Assembly (NCBI GenBank): GCA_046595995.1
Contig: JBKJNB010000116.1
Span: forward strand, 44,744 to 108,743
Origin: Candidatus Kapaibacteriota bacterium
Lineage (GTDB): Bacteria > Bacteroidota > Ignavibacteria > Kapaibacteriales > Kapaibacteriaceae
Length of the DNA stretch: 64,000 bases
Direction: 5' to 3'
Made by a program: the position numbers and the translations under genes. Within the stretch, counting starts at the first letter, position 1. Each line of letters starts with the position of its first letter. Under the pieces are notes generated by a model that was not told the origin of the DNA, did not search any database, and saw only the letters and a program-made list of their open reading frames with translations. Positions 18,749 to 29,403 of the stretch are shown in pieces.

Positions 18749-19396
18749 ATGAAGAAATCGATGATGGCTTTGTGCCTTAGCGTTCTGACCTGTACAGTCG
18801 CGTTTGCCGGAACAGGATTTTTAGACGTAACGGGTGGGCAGAAGACATTCAAGGTCAACAAAGCTGTTGGCACGAGCAACATCGTGTTTAACAGCGACGC
18901 GCCACTTGAGAAGATTAAGGGTACTGCCGATGCTGTAACAGGAGAGTTCAAGTTGGATCCAGCTCATCTAGAGTTGACCACTGGTCGGATCGAAGTAAAA
19001 GTTGAGAGCATGTCTACCGCCATTTCGAAGCGCGATGAGCATATGCGCAGTGATGTTTGGCTAAATGCAAATAAATATCCAACGATTGTGGTTGACGTTC
19101 AGCGTCTTTCCGACGTTGTTGTTGAAACCCGCGGCGGTCGCCGCATCGCTGTTGCGAAGGCAATTGGCACATTCACGCTTCATGGTGTAACCAAGCCGCT
19201 TACGGCCGATGTTACAATCACATACTTACCGGAGTCAAGCGACACAAAGAAACGCGCCTCAGGCGATCTCGTTAGCATTAAGACGGATTTTACGGTTACG
19301 CTAAAAGACCACAACGTAGTCGGCAAGTCGGGCCTTGTAGGCAGCAAGGTTGGCGAAGTCATTACGGTCGAAGCGAATCTATTTGCTAACTCGTAG
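18749..19396 (+). CDS. YceI-like family periplasmic protein
   Basis: Signal peptide followed by YceI-like beta-barrel motifs (DAVTGEFKLDP...IEVKVESMSTAISKRDEHMRSDVWLNANKYPTIV). The H of the YceI HS motif appears to be replaced. Confidence 0.7.
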   Translation: MKKSMMALCLSVLTCTVAFAGTGFLDVTGGQKTFKVNKAVGTSNIVFNSDAPLEKIKGTADAVTGEFKLDPAHLELTTGRIEVKVESMSTAISKRDEHMRSDVWLNANKYPTIVVDVQRLSDVVVETRGGRRIAVAKAIGTFTLHGVTKPLTADVTITYLPESSDTKKRASGDLVSIKTDFTVTLKDHNVVGKSGLVGSKVGEVITVEANLFANS

Positions 19397-19465
19397 ATTG
19401 CGTAGTAACATATTTTGCGGGCATAGGTCGAGTCACCATCGACTTCTGCCCGTTTCTTTTTGAGG

Positions 19466-21946
19466 ATGACAATTATGAGCCGTTGGAACCAATGTATTCA
19501 ATCGACGAAGCTGTTCACGGTATTTGCAATCATAATGCTTGTGTTTGCAGTCGTGGATTCAAGCGCACGTGAGTTCGGCATAACTGGACTTTCGCAGGGC
19601 GGTTGCGGTGGTGGATTCTGCCACGGTGGCCAATCTGGAGCAACGACCGTAGCACTGATCGGCCCTCGAGATGTTGCTCCTGGCGCTCTGGTCAATTATA
19701 CCTTTACAGTCGCGCACGCGGCGAACAACTTCTCTGGATTTAATGTTTCGTTGGTCAATGGTGCCGGCGGCGCAGCCGGTACGCTCGCTGCTGGAGCGAA
19801 CTCGCACGTCGAGAATAATCAGCTGACGCACAATGCACCCACGGCAGATGGTGCCGGTGGGGCGGCCGAATTTCCCTTTACGTGGATGGCTCCGGTAGAC
19901 CATGGTGTTTACACGTTTTATGGCGCAGGTAACGCAGTAAATAATAATGGCAATGCCGATGGTGGCGATGTGCACAACCTTACCGGTGGTATTGCAATCA
20001 CCGTGAAAGGCGCGACAATCACGGCCCCTGGTGGAGGAACGTTTTGTCGAGGCACGAACCTGACCATCAACTGGACGCAAACAGGTTTTCAGAACTTTAG
20101 AATTGAATTGTCAAACAACAACTTTACCACAAGTCAAGTTCTAACAAACTCGGTTGCAGCCACTGCAAACACGTTCATCTGGGCAATTCCGACAACGCAG
20201 GACGTGAGCACATCGTACGCGATACGACTCGTAAATACTGCGGACGGACAGGAAGTAAAGCGGTCGAACACGTTTACGATCAAGGGCCCGCCGACCATCA
20301 CTACACAACCACAAAGTCAGCTTGTGTGCGAAGGCCGAACGCTGCAGTTGACGGTATCCTCTGACTTTGGCGCTGCCACCTTTCAGTGGCGAAAGGACGG
20401 TGCCCTAATTCCTGGCGCAACGGCTTCCGCGTACCAAGTAGGCGTTGCGAAGGCTGCAGATGCTGGCTCCTATGATGTTCAGGTCTTCGGTTGCAACGGC
20501 ACCTCAACCTCTAACGCTGCTGAAGTAACCATTGGATTGCGACCGAAAATCACGCTTCAGCCAACAGGCAAAAACGTTTGTGAAAACGACTCAGTCTCAC
20601 TCTTTGCCGATGGAGATGGTGCGGGTGCCACCTATCAGTGGTATCGCAACGGTTCAATCATGCCAGGTAAGAACACCAAGACTCTGCGATTCGCTTTAAT
20701 TCTACTTGCTGACGAAGCGTCGTACTCGCTGCATGTATCCGGCACCTGTTTGCCCGACGCAGTTTCTAACGAAGCCATTGTCAACGTAATTGAGCGTCCC
20801 GCTGTGACTGTTCAGCCCACAGACAAAAACCTAAAAGTGGGCGATACGCTCACGTTGAATGTAGACGGATACGGCGAAGGAATTACGTACCAGTGGAAGA
20901 AGAACGGTGCCGTCATTCCTGGCGCAACCCAAAAGATATACCGTAAGACAGGTATCGTGCGTGCTGATTCTGGACAATACGAGGCTGTAATCACAAATCA
21001 GTGCGGCACCGTAACATCACGTAAGGCAGTTGTTCGCATCGTACCAGCAGATGGTCCAGGGCTGCCAGAACTGGCTTCAGCGACACTCGAACTGGGTACA
21101 ATTCCAATGTGCGCACGCATCGATACAACGCTTGCAGGCTTGCTGAAGAATGCTGGCGGAAGTGCGCTTACGGTTACGTCCATCTCGGCCGATCCACCGT
21201 CATTGCTCATGGCACAAGGGTCTGCTACGCCGTATGTCCTCGCACCTGGTGCCGGTTCAGATCTACAACTGATTGTAACGCCAACTGCAATGGGTACAAT
21301 TACAGGTACAGTAACCTTCTTTACTTCAAACGGCAGCGCTGTCTTCCAGGTAAATGGCATTGCAGAGGCAGGTGTCTCCGTCAACCAGGACACCCTGATG
21401 TTCCTAGAAGGCGCGGCAGACTTCAGTCGCTGCGTGTCTCTATCGCTCGACGCTCGTTGTAGCACTGCAACGGTAACGCAGGCACGGCTTGAAGGCGTTG
21501 GTGCTGGCAGCTATCGTGTTTTAAATACATTGCCAGGCATGGTTGTCGCGGGTACACCTCTTGAAATTTGTGTACAAACAACCTCTGGTTCGGGCGGCGA
21601 TGCCTCGGTAGTTATCGAGACATCTGCGGGCCCACGTACAGTGCAGCTTCGTCGCGGAGTCTTCTCGTCGGTCGAGAATGCGGACGTGGCAGTAATTAGT
21701 ATCCACCCTAACCCAGCGAATGAAGGTGTATCGATAAGGGGGCTTCCACAAGGGGCTTCAATACGCATCTTATCGCTTCAGGGTGCTGAGGTAACCAACC
21801 TTACACTTACAGGGAGCACGGTTGCAACGGAGCTCATGTGGGACGGCCGTGACGCAAGTGGTGTACCTGTCTCATCCGGCAGGTATGTCATTGCAGTTAG
21901 CGCTAACCACACTGTGTCAGTATATACGCTAATCATTGCTCGGTAA
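19466..21946 (+). CDS. Secreted protein with repeated Ig-like (I-set-like) domains and a T9SS C-terminal sorting domain
   Basis: Signal peptide. At least four repeats of the type TFQWRKDGALIPGATASAYQV....ADAGSYDVQVFGCNG..SNAAEVTI, also seen as YQWYRNGSIMPG... and YQWKKNGAVIPG.... The C-terminus IHPNPANEGVSIRGL...SGRYVIAV...YTLIIAR matches a Por_Secre_tail. The ATG at 19466 lies downstream of the track's TTG at 19460. Confidence 0.8.
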   Translation: MTIMSRWNQCIQSTKLFTVFAIIMLVFAVVDSSAREFGITGLSQGGCGGGFCHGGQSGATTVALIGPRDVAPGALVNYTFTVAHAANNFSGFNVSLVNGAGGAAGTLAAGANSHVENNQLTHNAPTADGAGGAAEFPFTWMAPVDHGVYTFYGAGNAVNNNGNADGGDVHNLTGGIAITVKGATITAPGGGTFCRGTNLTINWTQTGFQNFRIELSNNNFTTSQVLTNSVAATANTFIWAIPTTQDVSTSYAIRLVNTADGQEVKRSNTFTIKGPPTITTQPQSQLVCEGRTLQLTVSSDFGAATFQWRKDGALIPGATASAYQVGVAKAADAGSYDVQVFGCNGTSTSNAAEVTIGLRPKITLQPTGKNVCENDSVSLFADGDGAGATYQWYRNGSIMPGKNTKTLRFALILLADEASYSLHVSGTCLPDAVSNEAIVNVIERPAVTVQPTDKNLKVGDTLTLNVDGYGEGITYQWKKNGAVIPGATQKIYRKTGIVRADSGQYEAVITNQCGTVTSRKAVVRIVPADGPGLPELASATLELGTIPMCARIDTTLAGLLKNAGGSALTVTSISADPPSLLMAQGSATPYVLAPGAGSDLQLIVTPTAMGTITGTVTFFTSNGSAVFQVNGIAEAGVSVNQDTLMFLEGAADFSRCVSLSLDARCSTATVTQARLEGVGAGSYRVLNTLPGMVVAGTPLEICVQTTSGSGGDASVVIETSAGPRTVQLRRGVFSSVENADVAVISIHPNPANEGVSIRGLPQGASIRILSLQGAEVTNLTLTGSTVATELMWDGRDASGVPVSSGRYVIAVSANHTVSVYTLIIAR

Positions 21947-21967
21947 GTCACACTCGTAAATAACAAT

Positions 21968-22000
21968 GGGGCAACGCTGTTCGCGTTGCCCCATTTTTTT
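21968..22000. terminator. Bidirectional rho-independent terminator between convergent genes
   Basis: Hairpin ggggcaacgc-tgtt-gcgttgcccc followed by a T7 run (and an A-run on the other strand). Confidence 0.65.
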
Positions 22001-22040
22001 GTTGTGAAGCGTGATCTTCGAGAAGAGGTTGTAGTTCGTA

Positions 22041-23516
22041 CTATGGGAAGATGCCCAAAGACAGATATGACTGTGCGATCTTATCGATGGAGTTTACAAA
22101 GGCAGCTACTCGCATGTCCTTAACCTTCGGATTGCCGTAGTAGATCTCCATGATCGATTGGTATGAAGAAATCATGGTGTCCTCAAGTCCCGAGTTCACA
22201 ATGTCTTCTTCGTCTGCTCCACGTGCAATCATCTGACGTTCAGTAACGCTTAACGACTTGCCAGTGAGTTTTTCGACGGTGTTGACGAGCCGTGTGTTAG
22301 AACCTTCTTCAAAGCGCTTGTCCATGCGTCCGAATCGCACGTGGGAGATGTTCTTAAGCCACTCGAAATACGAAACCACAACACCGCCTGCATTCACATA
22401 CATATCAGGCATCACGAAGACGCCCTTCTTCAACAGAATTTCTTCAGCGTCAGCAGTGATTGGTCCGTTCGCGCCCTCAGCAATAATCCTAGCCTTGATG
22501 TTCTTGGCATTTCCAATGTGAATCTGCGATTCTAATGCAGCAGGCACCAGAATATCACAATCGTGCTCGAGAACTGTACTGCCATGCTTTATGGTCTTTG
22601 CGTCTGGGTAGTTAGTAATCGAGCCCGTTTTTATGCGGTGCTCGTTTAACGTGTCGATGTTGATGCCCTTGTTGTTTACAACTGCGCCATCCCACTCGAT
22701 TACGCCAATGATAACTGCGCCACCTTCGCGCAGGAACTTCGCAGCATGATAACCAACGTTACCAAAGCCTTGCACGATAACCCGCTTGCCCGAAAGTCCA
22801 ATATCCATCTTCAATTTTTTCATCAGCACGGGGTCATTTACAGCCTCATGAACAGCGAAGCATAGACCGCGCCCTGTGGCCGCAGTTCGGCCTCGCACAC
22901 CACCCTGGCCAACGGGTTTTCCTGTGACGCACGCTAGCGCGTTGATCTCATCCTTCGCGAACGCTTGGTACGTGTCGGCAATCCACGCCATTTCGCGTGG
23001 GCCTGTGCCGTAATCGGGGGCAGGGACGTCGACCGATGGGCCAATGAAATTTTTCTTGATGAGCTCGACCGTATAACGACGTGTCACGCGCTCGAGTTCT
23101 TCCGCTGTGTAGTTCTTCGGATTGATGCGAATGCCCCCCTTGCCACCACCAAATGGCACGTCAACAACGGCGCACTTGTACGTCATTAGCGCAGCAAGTG
23201 CCTGCACCTCTTCTTGATCGACAGAGTCTGCGTAACGGATGCCCCCTTTGCAGGGCATCTTATGGTGACTATGCTCGGCACGCCACGCTTGCACGACATG
23301 GATATCGCCCTTGATGCGCACTGGGAACTGCATGTAGTACACGGAATTGCAAACCCGAATCTGATCGAGCAATCCCGTGGGATGGTCGAGCACCGCCACA
23401 GCCTTATCGAAGTACCGATTTACCGAATCGAGGAACGGATTGTGCGCCGTGGGCAGCGCAAGTTCGGCAGCAGACTTCTTGACTTTGGTTTTCTTCTTCG
23501 AGGGCGAAGACTTCAT
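22041..23516 (-). CDS. gdh: Glutamate dehydrogenase (Glu/Leu/Phe/Val dehydrogenase family) with a Lys-rich N-terminal extension
   Basis: GGGKGG and GFGNVG Rossmann motifs and a catalytic Lys region (KGGIRYADSVDQEEVQALAALMTYKCAVVDVPFGGGKGG). The N-terminus is MKSSPSKKKTKVKKS. Confidence 0.9.
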   Translation of the reverse strand: MKSSPSKKKTKVKKSAAELALPTAHNPFLDSVNRYFDKAVAVLDHPTGLLDQIRVCNSVYYMQFPVRIKGDIHVVQAWRAEHSHHKMPCKGGIRYADSVDQEEVQALAALMTYKCAVVDVPFGGGKGGIRINPKNYTAEELERVTRRYTVELIKKNFIGPSVDVPAPDYGTGPREMAWIADTYQAFAKDEINALACVTGKPVGQGGVRGRTAATGRGLCFAVHEAVNDPVLMKKLKMDIGLSGKRVIVQGFGNVGYHAAKFLREGGAVIIGVIEWDGAVVNNKGINIDTLNEHRIKTGSITNYPDAKTIKHGSTVLEHDCDILVPAALESQIHIGNAKNIKARIIAEGANGPITADAEEILLKKGVFVMPDMYVNAGGVVVSYFEWLKNISHVRFGRMDKRFEEGSNTRLVNTVEKLTGKSLSVTERQMIARGADEEDIVNSGLEDTMISSYQSIMEIYYGNPKVKDMRVAAFVNSIDKIAQSYLSLGIFP

Positions 23517-23556
23517 AACATCTGCACGTTACTGAGAAAAACGTTTGTAAACATGA

Positions 23557-24690
23557 TTATAGATTGCCCCGACGATCCTGCTCGCGCTCTATCGCTTCGA
23601 ACAGTGCCTTGAAATTACCCTTGCCAAAACTCTTTGCGCCTTTGCGCTGAATGATTTCGAAGAAGAGCGTTGGTCGGTCTTCAACAGGCTTTGTGAAAAT
23701 CTGGAGTAAATACCCTTCATCGTCACGATCAACAAGTATGTTCAGCTTTCGAAGGGGATCGAGGTTCTCGTCTATCGGACCTACCCTGTCTAGTAGGTCA
23801 TCATAATACGCATCCGGTACTTGAAGGAATGCAACACCTCGTTTGCGTAGTTCGGAGACGGTGTGCATGATGTCGTGCGTTGCGATTGCAATATGCTGTA
23901 CACCAGCTCCGCGATAGAATTCGAGGTATTCGTCAATCTGGCTCTTCCTCTTACCGGCAGCAGGCTCATTGATTGGAAACTTGATGAAACCCGTCCCATT
24001 AGACACAACCTTCGACATCAAGGCCGTGTACTCTGTCGAGATATCCTTGTCGTCAAAAGTAACGAGGAGCTTAAAGCCCATCGCGTCCTCGTAGAATTTT
24101 ACCCACTCGTTCATGCGTCCGAGCTCGACATTCCCGACACAATGGTCAACATACAGCAGTCCGACGTCCTCCGTCACGTACCCATCATCCAGTCCGACAT
24201 AGCCGGGCATAAACGGACCGTTATAGTTTTTGCGTTCAACAAATGTGTGAATTGTGTCGCCGTATGTGCGAATAGACGCCGTGCGGACCTCGCCGTGCTC
24301 ATCCGTCAACGTTTGCGGTACAGCGTACGAGGTTGCTCCACGCTGAACTGTACGCTCGTACGATAGATATGCATCGTCGACCCACAGCGCCAGAACTTTA
24401 ACGCCGTCGCCGTGGAGATGAACATGCTCATTTATGGGTGATTCGGGCCGAAGTGGTGTTGTGAGAACAAATCGGACCTTGTTCTGCTCTAGCACATACG
24501 ATGCGCGATCGCGAACGCCAGTCTCTGGCCCACAGTACGCAAGGAGTTTAAAGCCGAATGCGGTTCTATAGAAAAAGGCAGCCTGCTTCGCATTACCAAC
24601 GTAGAACTCAATGTGGTCGGTCCCATGGATTGGCAAGAAGTCATCGGCAGCTACGGCAGTCTGGATGCCGTTTTGGGTTTCAGTATTCAT
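23557..24690 (-). CDS. hppD: 4-hydroxyphenylpyruvate dioxygenase
   Basis: Tandem VOC domains and the diagnostic C-terminus ...[35 protein letters not shown]. Confidence 0.9.
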   Translation of the reverse strand: MNTETQNGIQTAVAADDFLPIHGTDHIEFYVGNAKQAAFFYRTAFGFKLLAYCGPETGVRDRASYVLEQNKVRFVLTTPLRPESPINEHVHLHGDGVKVLALWVDDAYLSYERTVQRGATSYAVPQTLTDEHGEVRTASIRTYGDTIHTFVERKNYNGPFMPGYVGLDDGYVTEDVGLLYVDHCVGNVELGRMNEWVKFYEDAMGFKLLVTFDDKDISTEYTALMSKVVSNGTGFIKFPINEPAAGKRKSQIDEYLEFYRGAGVQHIAIATHDIMHTVSELRKRGVAFLQVPDAYYDDLLDRVGPIDENLDPLRKLNILVDRDDEGYLLQIFTKPVEDRPTLFFEIIQRKGAKSFGKGNFKALFEAIEREQDRRGNL

Positions 24691-24757
24691 GATGAAGCAA
24701 AACTACGAAGCGCACACGGTATCTTCGCGGCTTCCGTAGCCCCTTACCAAGTACATT

Positions 24758-25765
24758 ATGAACCGCCGGCCACACGTAGTAATCGTCTTCACGGGCGGCA
24801 CAATTGCATCCACCCTCGATAAGGAGTGGGGGGGCGTCGTGCCAAGCATGTCCGGCGGTGAAATACTCGAGCGCATACCTGGAATCCGCGACGAGGTGGA
24901 CATTGCCGTACATGAATACGGAACGTTCCCCGGACCGCACGTTACGCCAGACCGCATGCTCGAATTGTCTCGTATAGTTCAGGCATATGCCGATCTCGAC
25001 GACATCGATGGTATTGTGGTAACACACGGCACAGACACGCTAGAAGAGACAGCGTACTTTCTGGACTGTACCGTGCGCACCACGAAGCCAGTCGTAGTAA
25101 TCGGGGCCATGCGCAATTCGAGCGAGCCGGATTGGGACGGACCGCGCAATGTTCGTGACGCTCTTAAGGTGGCTGCACACGATGATGTTGGTGATCGCGG
25201 TGTGATTGTGTGTCTGGGTGGCAGCTTAACAGCCGCGTCAGAAGCCTCAAAAACCGATACTCAAGAACTAACAACATTTACTAGTTTCGATTTTGGTCCG
25301 TTAGGACACATCTCGAATGGGCACGTTATGCTGTATCGCAGCCCAGTACACCGGCAGGTGATGAAGGTAGTGACACTTCCACGATTTGTACCTCTGCTGA
25401 AGTGTTATGCTGGTATGGACCACACGCTGGTGCGCGCATGTCTCGAAGCGAGGTGCGACGGACTTGTGATTGAAGCGTTTGGTGTGGGCAACGTTACGCC
25501 GTTAGTGTACACCGAGCTCTTACGTGCACTTGAGACGGGGATACCGGTCGTACTTACGTCACGATGTCCTGTCGGACGCATAGAGCACACGTATGCGTAC
25601 GAAGGCGCTGGGAAGCATTTGCATGCGGCGGGAGTAATCTTCGCAGATTACCTCAACGGACAGAAGGCGCGAATCAAGCTGCTGTGTGCCTTAGGTGCAG
25701 GAATGTCAATCTCTGAAATACGTGACGCGTTCGAATGGGTAGATGCAGCGAGGGAATTGCAATGA
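24758..25765 (+). CDS. L-asparaginase (type II family)
   Basis: VVIVFTGGTIAS... (TGGTIAG-type motif) and ...GIVVTHGTDTLEETAYFL. Confidence 0.85.
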   Translation: MNRRPHVVIVFTGGTIASTLDKEWGGVVPSMSGGEILERIPGIRDEVDIAVHEYGTFPGPHVTPDRMLELSRIVQAYADLDDIDGIVVTHGTDTLEETAYFLDCTVRTTKPVVVIGAMRNSSEPDWDGPRNVRDALKVAAHDDVGDRGVIVCLGGSLTAASEASKTDTQELTTFTSFDFGPLGHISNGHVMLYRSPVHRQVMKVVTLPRFVPLLKCYAGMDHTLVRACLEARCDGLVIEAFGVGNVTPLVYTELLRALETGIPVVLTSRCPVGRIEHTYAYEGAGKHLHAAGVIFADYLNGQKARIKLLCALGAGMSISEIRDAFEWVDAARELQ

Positions 25766-26877
25766 GAAGTACCAACGCAATCATCGATTTATCTGCACTT
25801 GAATGGAACCTCGGTGTTGTACGGCGGCGTGCACAAGGCCGCAAAGTTCTCGGAATGGTAAAAGCGAACGCGTATGGTCACGGCATTATTCAGGTTAGCA
25901 AAACCTTGGCCGCCCAGAATATCGATATGCTCGGCGTTGCATTCGTCGATGAGGGTATACAGCTCCGCGAAGCGGGAGTCGAGATTCCCATTATGGTTCT
26001 TACGCCTCCCGAATCATCAGATATGCCCGACATTCTTCGCTACGATCTAACGACTGTCGTGTGCGAGATAGGTGGAGCACAAGCGTTGAATGCAGCTGCG
26101 GTTGGCACTCGACCGCGGGTGCACGTGTATGTGGACACCGGCATGCGGCGAGATGGTGTGCGGGTCGAGCATGCACCTGACTTCTGCGACGCTTTGCGTG
26201 AGTGCAAAAACCTTGATATCGAGGGCATCTGCACTCACCTCGCAACATCGGACGAGCAGGATAGTTCTTACGTACGTGAACAATTGTTAGTCTTCGAAGA
26301 CGTTCTCGGACAACTCTCGGCCTCAGGTCATACCTTTGCGATAGTACACGCTGCAAATACGGGCGCCGTATGGCAGAACGCGCAGTCGTTGTTCACGATG
26401 GTGCGGCCAGGCCTTTCTCTGTATGGATACGCGTCCCCACACAACGACATGTATACGCTTCGACCTGTTATGTCTATTGTCTCCAAAGTACTCTCGCTAC
26501 GCACCGTGCACGCAGGAGAAACTGTCAGCTACGGACGACGCTGGATGGCTTCGCATGACACTACCATTGCGACAGTTCCAATTGGCTACGGGGACGGCTA
26601 TCATCGTGCGTTGACGGGTAAAACTTCATGCCTAATTCGGGGTAACCGATACCCCATTGTCGGCGCGATCTGCATGGATGAGTGTATGGTAGATGTTGGC
26701 AACCACGACGTCGCAATTGGCGATGACGTTGCGCTCCTCGGACGTCAGCAAAATGCCGATGGCCACATGCAGTCGATCGATGCGATGGATATTGCGGGTT
26801 GGGCAAACACCATACCGTACGATATCACGACATCGGTATCGGCTCGTGTACCTCGCATTTTTAAAGAGGGACGTTAA
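25762..26877 (+). CDS. alr: Alanine racemase
   Basis: MRSTNAIIDLSALEWNL....LGMVKANAYGHG (PLP-Lys motif). It overlaps the asparaginase stop as ATGA. Confidence 0.85.
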   Translation: MRSTNAIIDLSALEWNLGVVRRRAQGRKVLGMVKANAYGHGIIQVSKTLAAQNIDMLGVAFVDEGIQLREAGVEIPIMVLTPPESSDMPDILRYDLTTVVCEIGGAQALNAAAVGTRPRVHVYVDTGMRRDGVRVEHAPDFCDALRECKNLDIEGICTHLATSDEQDSSYVREQLLVFEDVLGQLSASGHTFAIVHAANTGAVWQNAQSLFTMVRPGLSLYGYASPHNDMYTLRPVMSIVSKVLSLRTVHAGETVSYGRRWMASHDTTIATVPIGYGDGYHRALTGKTSCLIRGNRYPIVGAICMDECMVDVGNHDVAIGDDVALLGRQQNADGHMQSIDAMDIAGWANTIPYDITTSVSARVPRIFKEGR

Positions 26878-26880
26878 CCC

Positions 26881-27666
26881 ATGTATAGCATAAAACTCGA
26901 AAATTTCGAAGGTCCACTCGATCTTCTTCTATTCTTTATTCGACGCGACGAGCTCGATATCTACGACATTCCCATTGCGTCGATAACACAAGAGTTCTTC
27001 GAGTATGTTAAAGAAATGGAATTGCTCGATCTTGAGCTCGCTGGCGAGTTTGTTGTGCTTGCATCGATGCTCGTACAAATCAAAGCAGCAATGCTGCTTC
27101 CGCGCGAAGAAGGTATTCGACCAGGTGAAGATGGCGTCGACGAGAACGATCCGCGTGCAGAGCTCGTTCGGCGTTTGCTTGAGTATAAGCGATTCAAGGA
27201 GGCCGCAGAATCGTTGAACATCCAGCACGAAGAACAACGCTACGTCATGTATCGTCAGGTGTTTGAAGCCGAAGAGATTCATGCCATAGAAAGCGGGAAC
27301 TATCGCAACGCTACACTATTTGATTTGTTGAAGGCGTTGAAGCGAGCGATTGAGCGGGCACCGGACGAGCCGGAGGCACACGTCATAACTCGGTACTCAG
27401 TAACAGTCGAAGAAAAGGCCGAAGAGATCATGCACACGCTAAGGCTACGTCCCGCTGTGCGATTCTTCGAACTCGTCGGTGGACTTTCAAAAATGCATAT
27501 TGTAGTGACCTTCCTTGCACTACTTGAATTAGTAAAGAATGCAATGATTCGGATTCAACAGGACGAATCGTTCGATGACATCGTTATTGCCACACGAACT
27601 GCAGATGAGCAAGAAGCCGCTGCTGAACCCGAAGCCCCCGTCGAAACGGAACCCGCCCATGACTGA
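26881..27666 (+). CDS. scpA: Segregation and condensation protein A
   Basis: LENFEGPLDLLLFFIRRDELDIYDIPIASITQEFFEY is the ScpA signature. Confidence 0.85.
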   Translation: MYSIKLENFEGPLDLLLFFIRRDELDIYDIPIASITQEFFEYVKEMELLDLELAGEFVVLASMLVQIKAAMLLPREEGIRPGEDGVDENDPRAELVRRLLEYKRFKEAAESLNIQHEEQRYVMYRQVFEAEEIHAIESGNYRNATLFDLLKALKRAIERAPDEPEAHVITRYSVTVEEKAEEIMHTLRLRPAVRFFELVGGLSKMHIVVTFLALLELVKNAMIRIQQDESFDDIVIATRTADEQEAAAEPEAPVETEPAHD

Positions 27667-28468
27667 GATTGAACAAGAGCAGCCTGTACCACGGCTTAAC
27701 GTCCCATACTTCTTTACACTCGAGCGCGCAGACCAGCGGCATGCACTCGAGTCGCTGATTTTCGCAAGTGAGGAACCACTCACGGTTCGAATGATGCATC
27801 GCATTCTTGTGCTCGAAGACCCAACGCAGGAGGTACCTGGCCAGCAGACTTTACCTCTTGAAGGCGAAGTGCCTATTGAAGTGCCCAAAAAAGTGTTCGA
27901 CGTCCGACAGGGCTACTTTGATGACCTCGTCGATGAAATCAATTCCGACCTAGAGATAACCGATCGACCGTTTCGCGTCTTAAAGGTGGCAGGGGGCTAT
28001 CAGTTTGCAACGACGCCTCAGCACGGCCAACTTGTGCAGCGTCTTCTGAAATCGCGTAGTCGCAAACGTCTCACCCAAGCAGCACTCGAGACGCTTGCGA
28101 TCATTGCATACAGACAACCCATCACAAAAGTCGAAGTAGATGCTATCCGCGGTGTCAACGCTGGCGAAGTCGTGAATTCTCTTGTTGAAAAGGGTCTTGT
28201 CGTGATGGTGGGTAGGTCCGAAACCCCTGGAAAGCCGCTTCTCTACGGTACGACTGAGGAGTTTCTGCGAATTTTTGGACTGAATTCGCTCTCCGATCTG
28301 CCAAAACTCCGTGAGATCGACGACTTGCTAAAGACCACAACGACAATCCTTGATATGGACGAAGGTGTCCGCGTAACCACAGACCACAAGACACTTAGGC
28401 GTCAACTGGCTCTACTGCTTGATGCAGGAGTTGAAGAGGACGAAGAGCCGCTGACGGAAACTGAATAA
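27659..28468 (+). CDS. scpB: Segregation and condensation protein B, longer than typical with an acidic C-terminal tail
   Basis: ALESLIFASEEPLTV plus winged-helix repeats. It overlaps scpA (ATGACTGA). The tail DAGVEEDEEPLTETE is an extension. Confidence 0.75.
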   Translation: MTEIEQEQPVPRLNVPYFFTLERADQRHALESLIFASEEPLTVRMMHRILVLEDPTQEVPGQQTLPLEGEVPIEVPKKVFDVRQGYFDDLVDEINSDLEITDRPFRVLKVAGGYQFATTPQHGQLVQRLLKSRSRKRLTQAALETLAIIAYRQPITKVEVDAIRGVNAGEVVNSLVEKGLVVMVGRSETPGKPLLYGTTEEFLRIFGLNSLSDLPKLREIDDLLKTTTTILDMDEGVRVTTDHKTLRRQLALLLDAGVEEDEEPLTETE

Positions 28469-28563
28469 ACTAAAGTAGTTTTTCGTGCGTCGGTAGGGGA
28501 GTTCTGATGGCGCGCGTAATGAACTGCGCATCCCCCTCCTTGGCGTCGTCAGAAACGTGACTT

Positions 28564-28594
28564 AGCCCTGCTTCCCCCGGCAGGGCTTTTTTTA
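28564..28594 (+). terminator. Rho-independent terminator after scpB
   Basis: agccctgc-ttcccccg-gcagggct followed by ttttttt. Confidence 0.7.
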
Positions 28595-28602
28595 TGCCTC
28601 TA

Positions 28603-29388
28603 TCATTTCGTGATAGGGGTGTCAAGATCAATCGTGAGTCCATCGAACGCTAGACGAACGTGTGGAGGCAAGTAAGCATCACCTTCAGAGTGCTTTACCT
28701 GGTGCGCAATGTGCGTTAGATATGTGATGCGCGGATTGAGTTGGTCGACAATAGCCAACGCCTGATCGATCGTGAAATGTGTTGTATGAGCTTTCCAGCG
28801 CAGACCGTCGAGAACGAGCACATCGAGCCCCATGAGCAGCCCCATACTAGCCTCTGGTATTGCGTTTGTATCGGTGCAGTATGCAAGGTTGCCAATGCGA
28901 TATCCGTTGACTTGGATTGAGCCGTGCAACATCGGAATCGGCAAGAATGTTAAGTCGCCGATCGTGAACGCACTGCTGTCAATCACGTGTATGTTTACTT
29001 TGGGCACACCGCCACCGAGTTGTTCTGGCTCGTTGAAGGCGTATGGGAATGTCTGCTTAACAATCTCGATGGTACGGGGCATCCCATAAATGGGAAGGGG
29101 CTTTCCGTTGCGGAAGTTATACGGCCGTATATCGTCAAAGCCACCGATATGATCGAAGTGATGATGCGTGAATACAATCGCATCGATGTCCATGACGGCA
29201 TGCATCAGCATCTGCTGACGAAAGTCAGGCGAGGTGTCGATGACGACTGTGGTGGTGGCAGTTTGCAGCAGGAGAGAAGTCCGTAGACGCTTGTCGTGCG
29301 GATCTTCCGAGCGACAGGTTGCGCAGTCGCATGCAACAGAAGGAACGCCTGTTGATGTACCGCTTCCGAGAACTGTTGCGCGCATCAT
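28603..29388 (-). CDS. MBL-fold metallo-hydrolase (PhnP/ElaC-like)
   Basis: HHHFDHIGG metal-binding motif and N-terminus MMRATVLGSGTSTGVP. Confidence 0.8.
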   Translation of the reverse strand: MMRATVLGSGTSTGVPSVACDCATCRSEDPHDKRLRTSLLLQTATTTVVIDTSPDFRQQMLMHAVMDIDAIVFTHHHFDHIGGFDDIRPYNFRNGKPLPIYGMPRTIEIVKQTFPYAFNEPEQLGGGVPKVNIHVIDSSAFTIGDLTFLPIPMLHGSIQVNGYRIGNLAYCTDTNAIPEASMGLLMGLDVLVLDGLRWKAHTTHFTIDQALAIVDQLNPRITYLTHIAHQVKHSEGDAYLPPHVRLAFDGLTIDLDTPITK

Positions 29389-29403
29389 TGAGAACGGTGA
29401 CCG

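Noticed and set aside
28470-28560. Short GC-rich palindromes (gcgcg...gcgc, ggggag...cccctcc) upstream of the scpB terminator
   Set aside because: Could be a small structured 3' UTR, but nothing matches a known ncRNA, and the adjacent canonical terminator explains the region.
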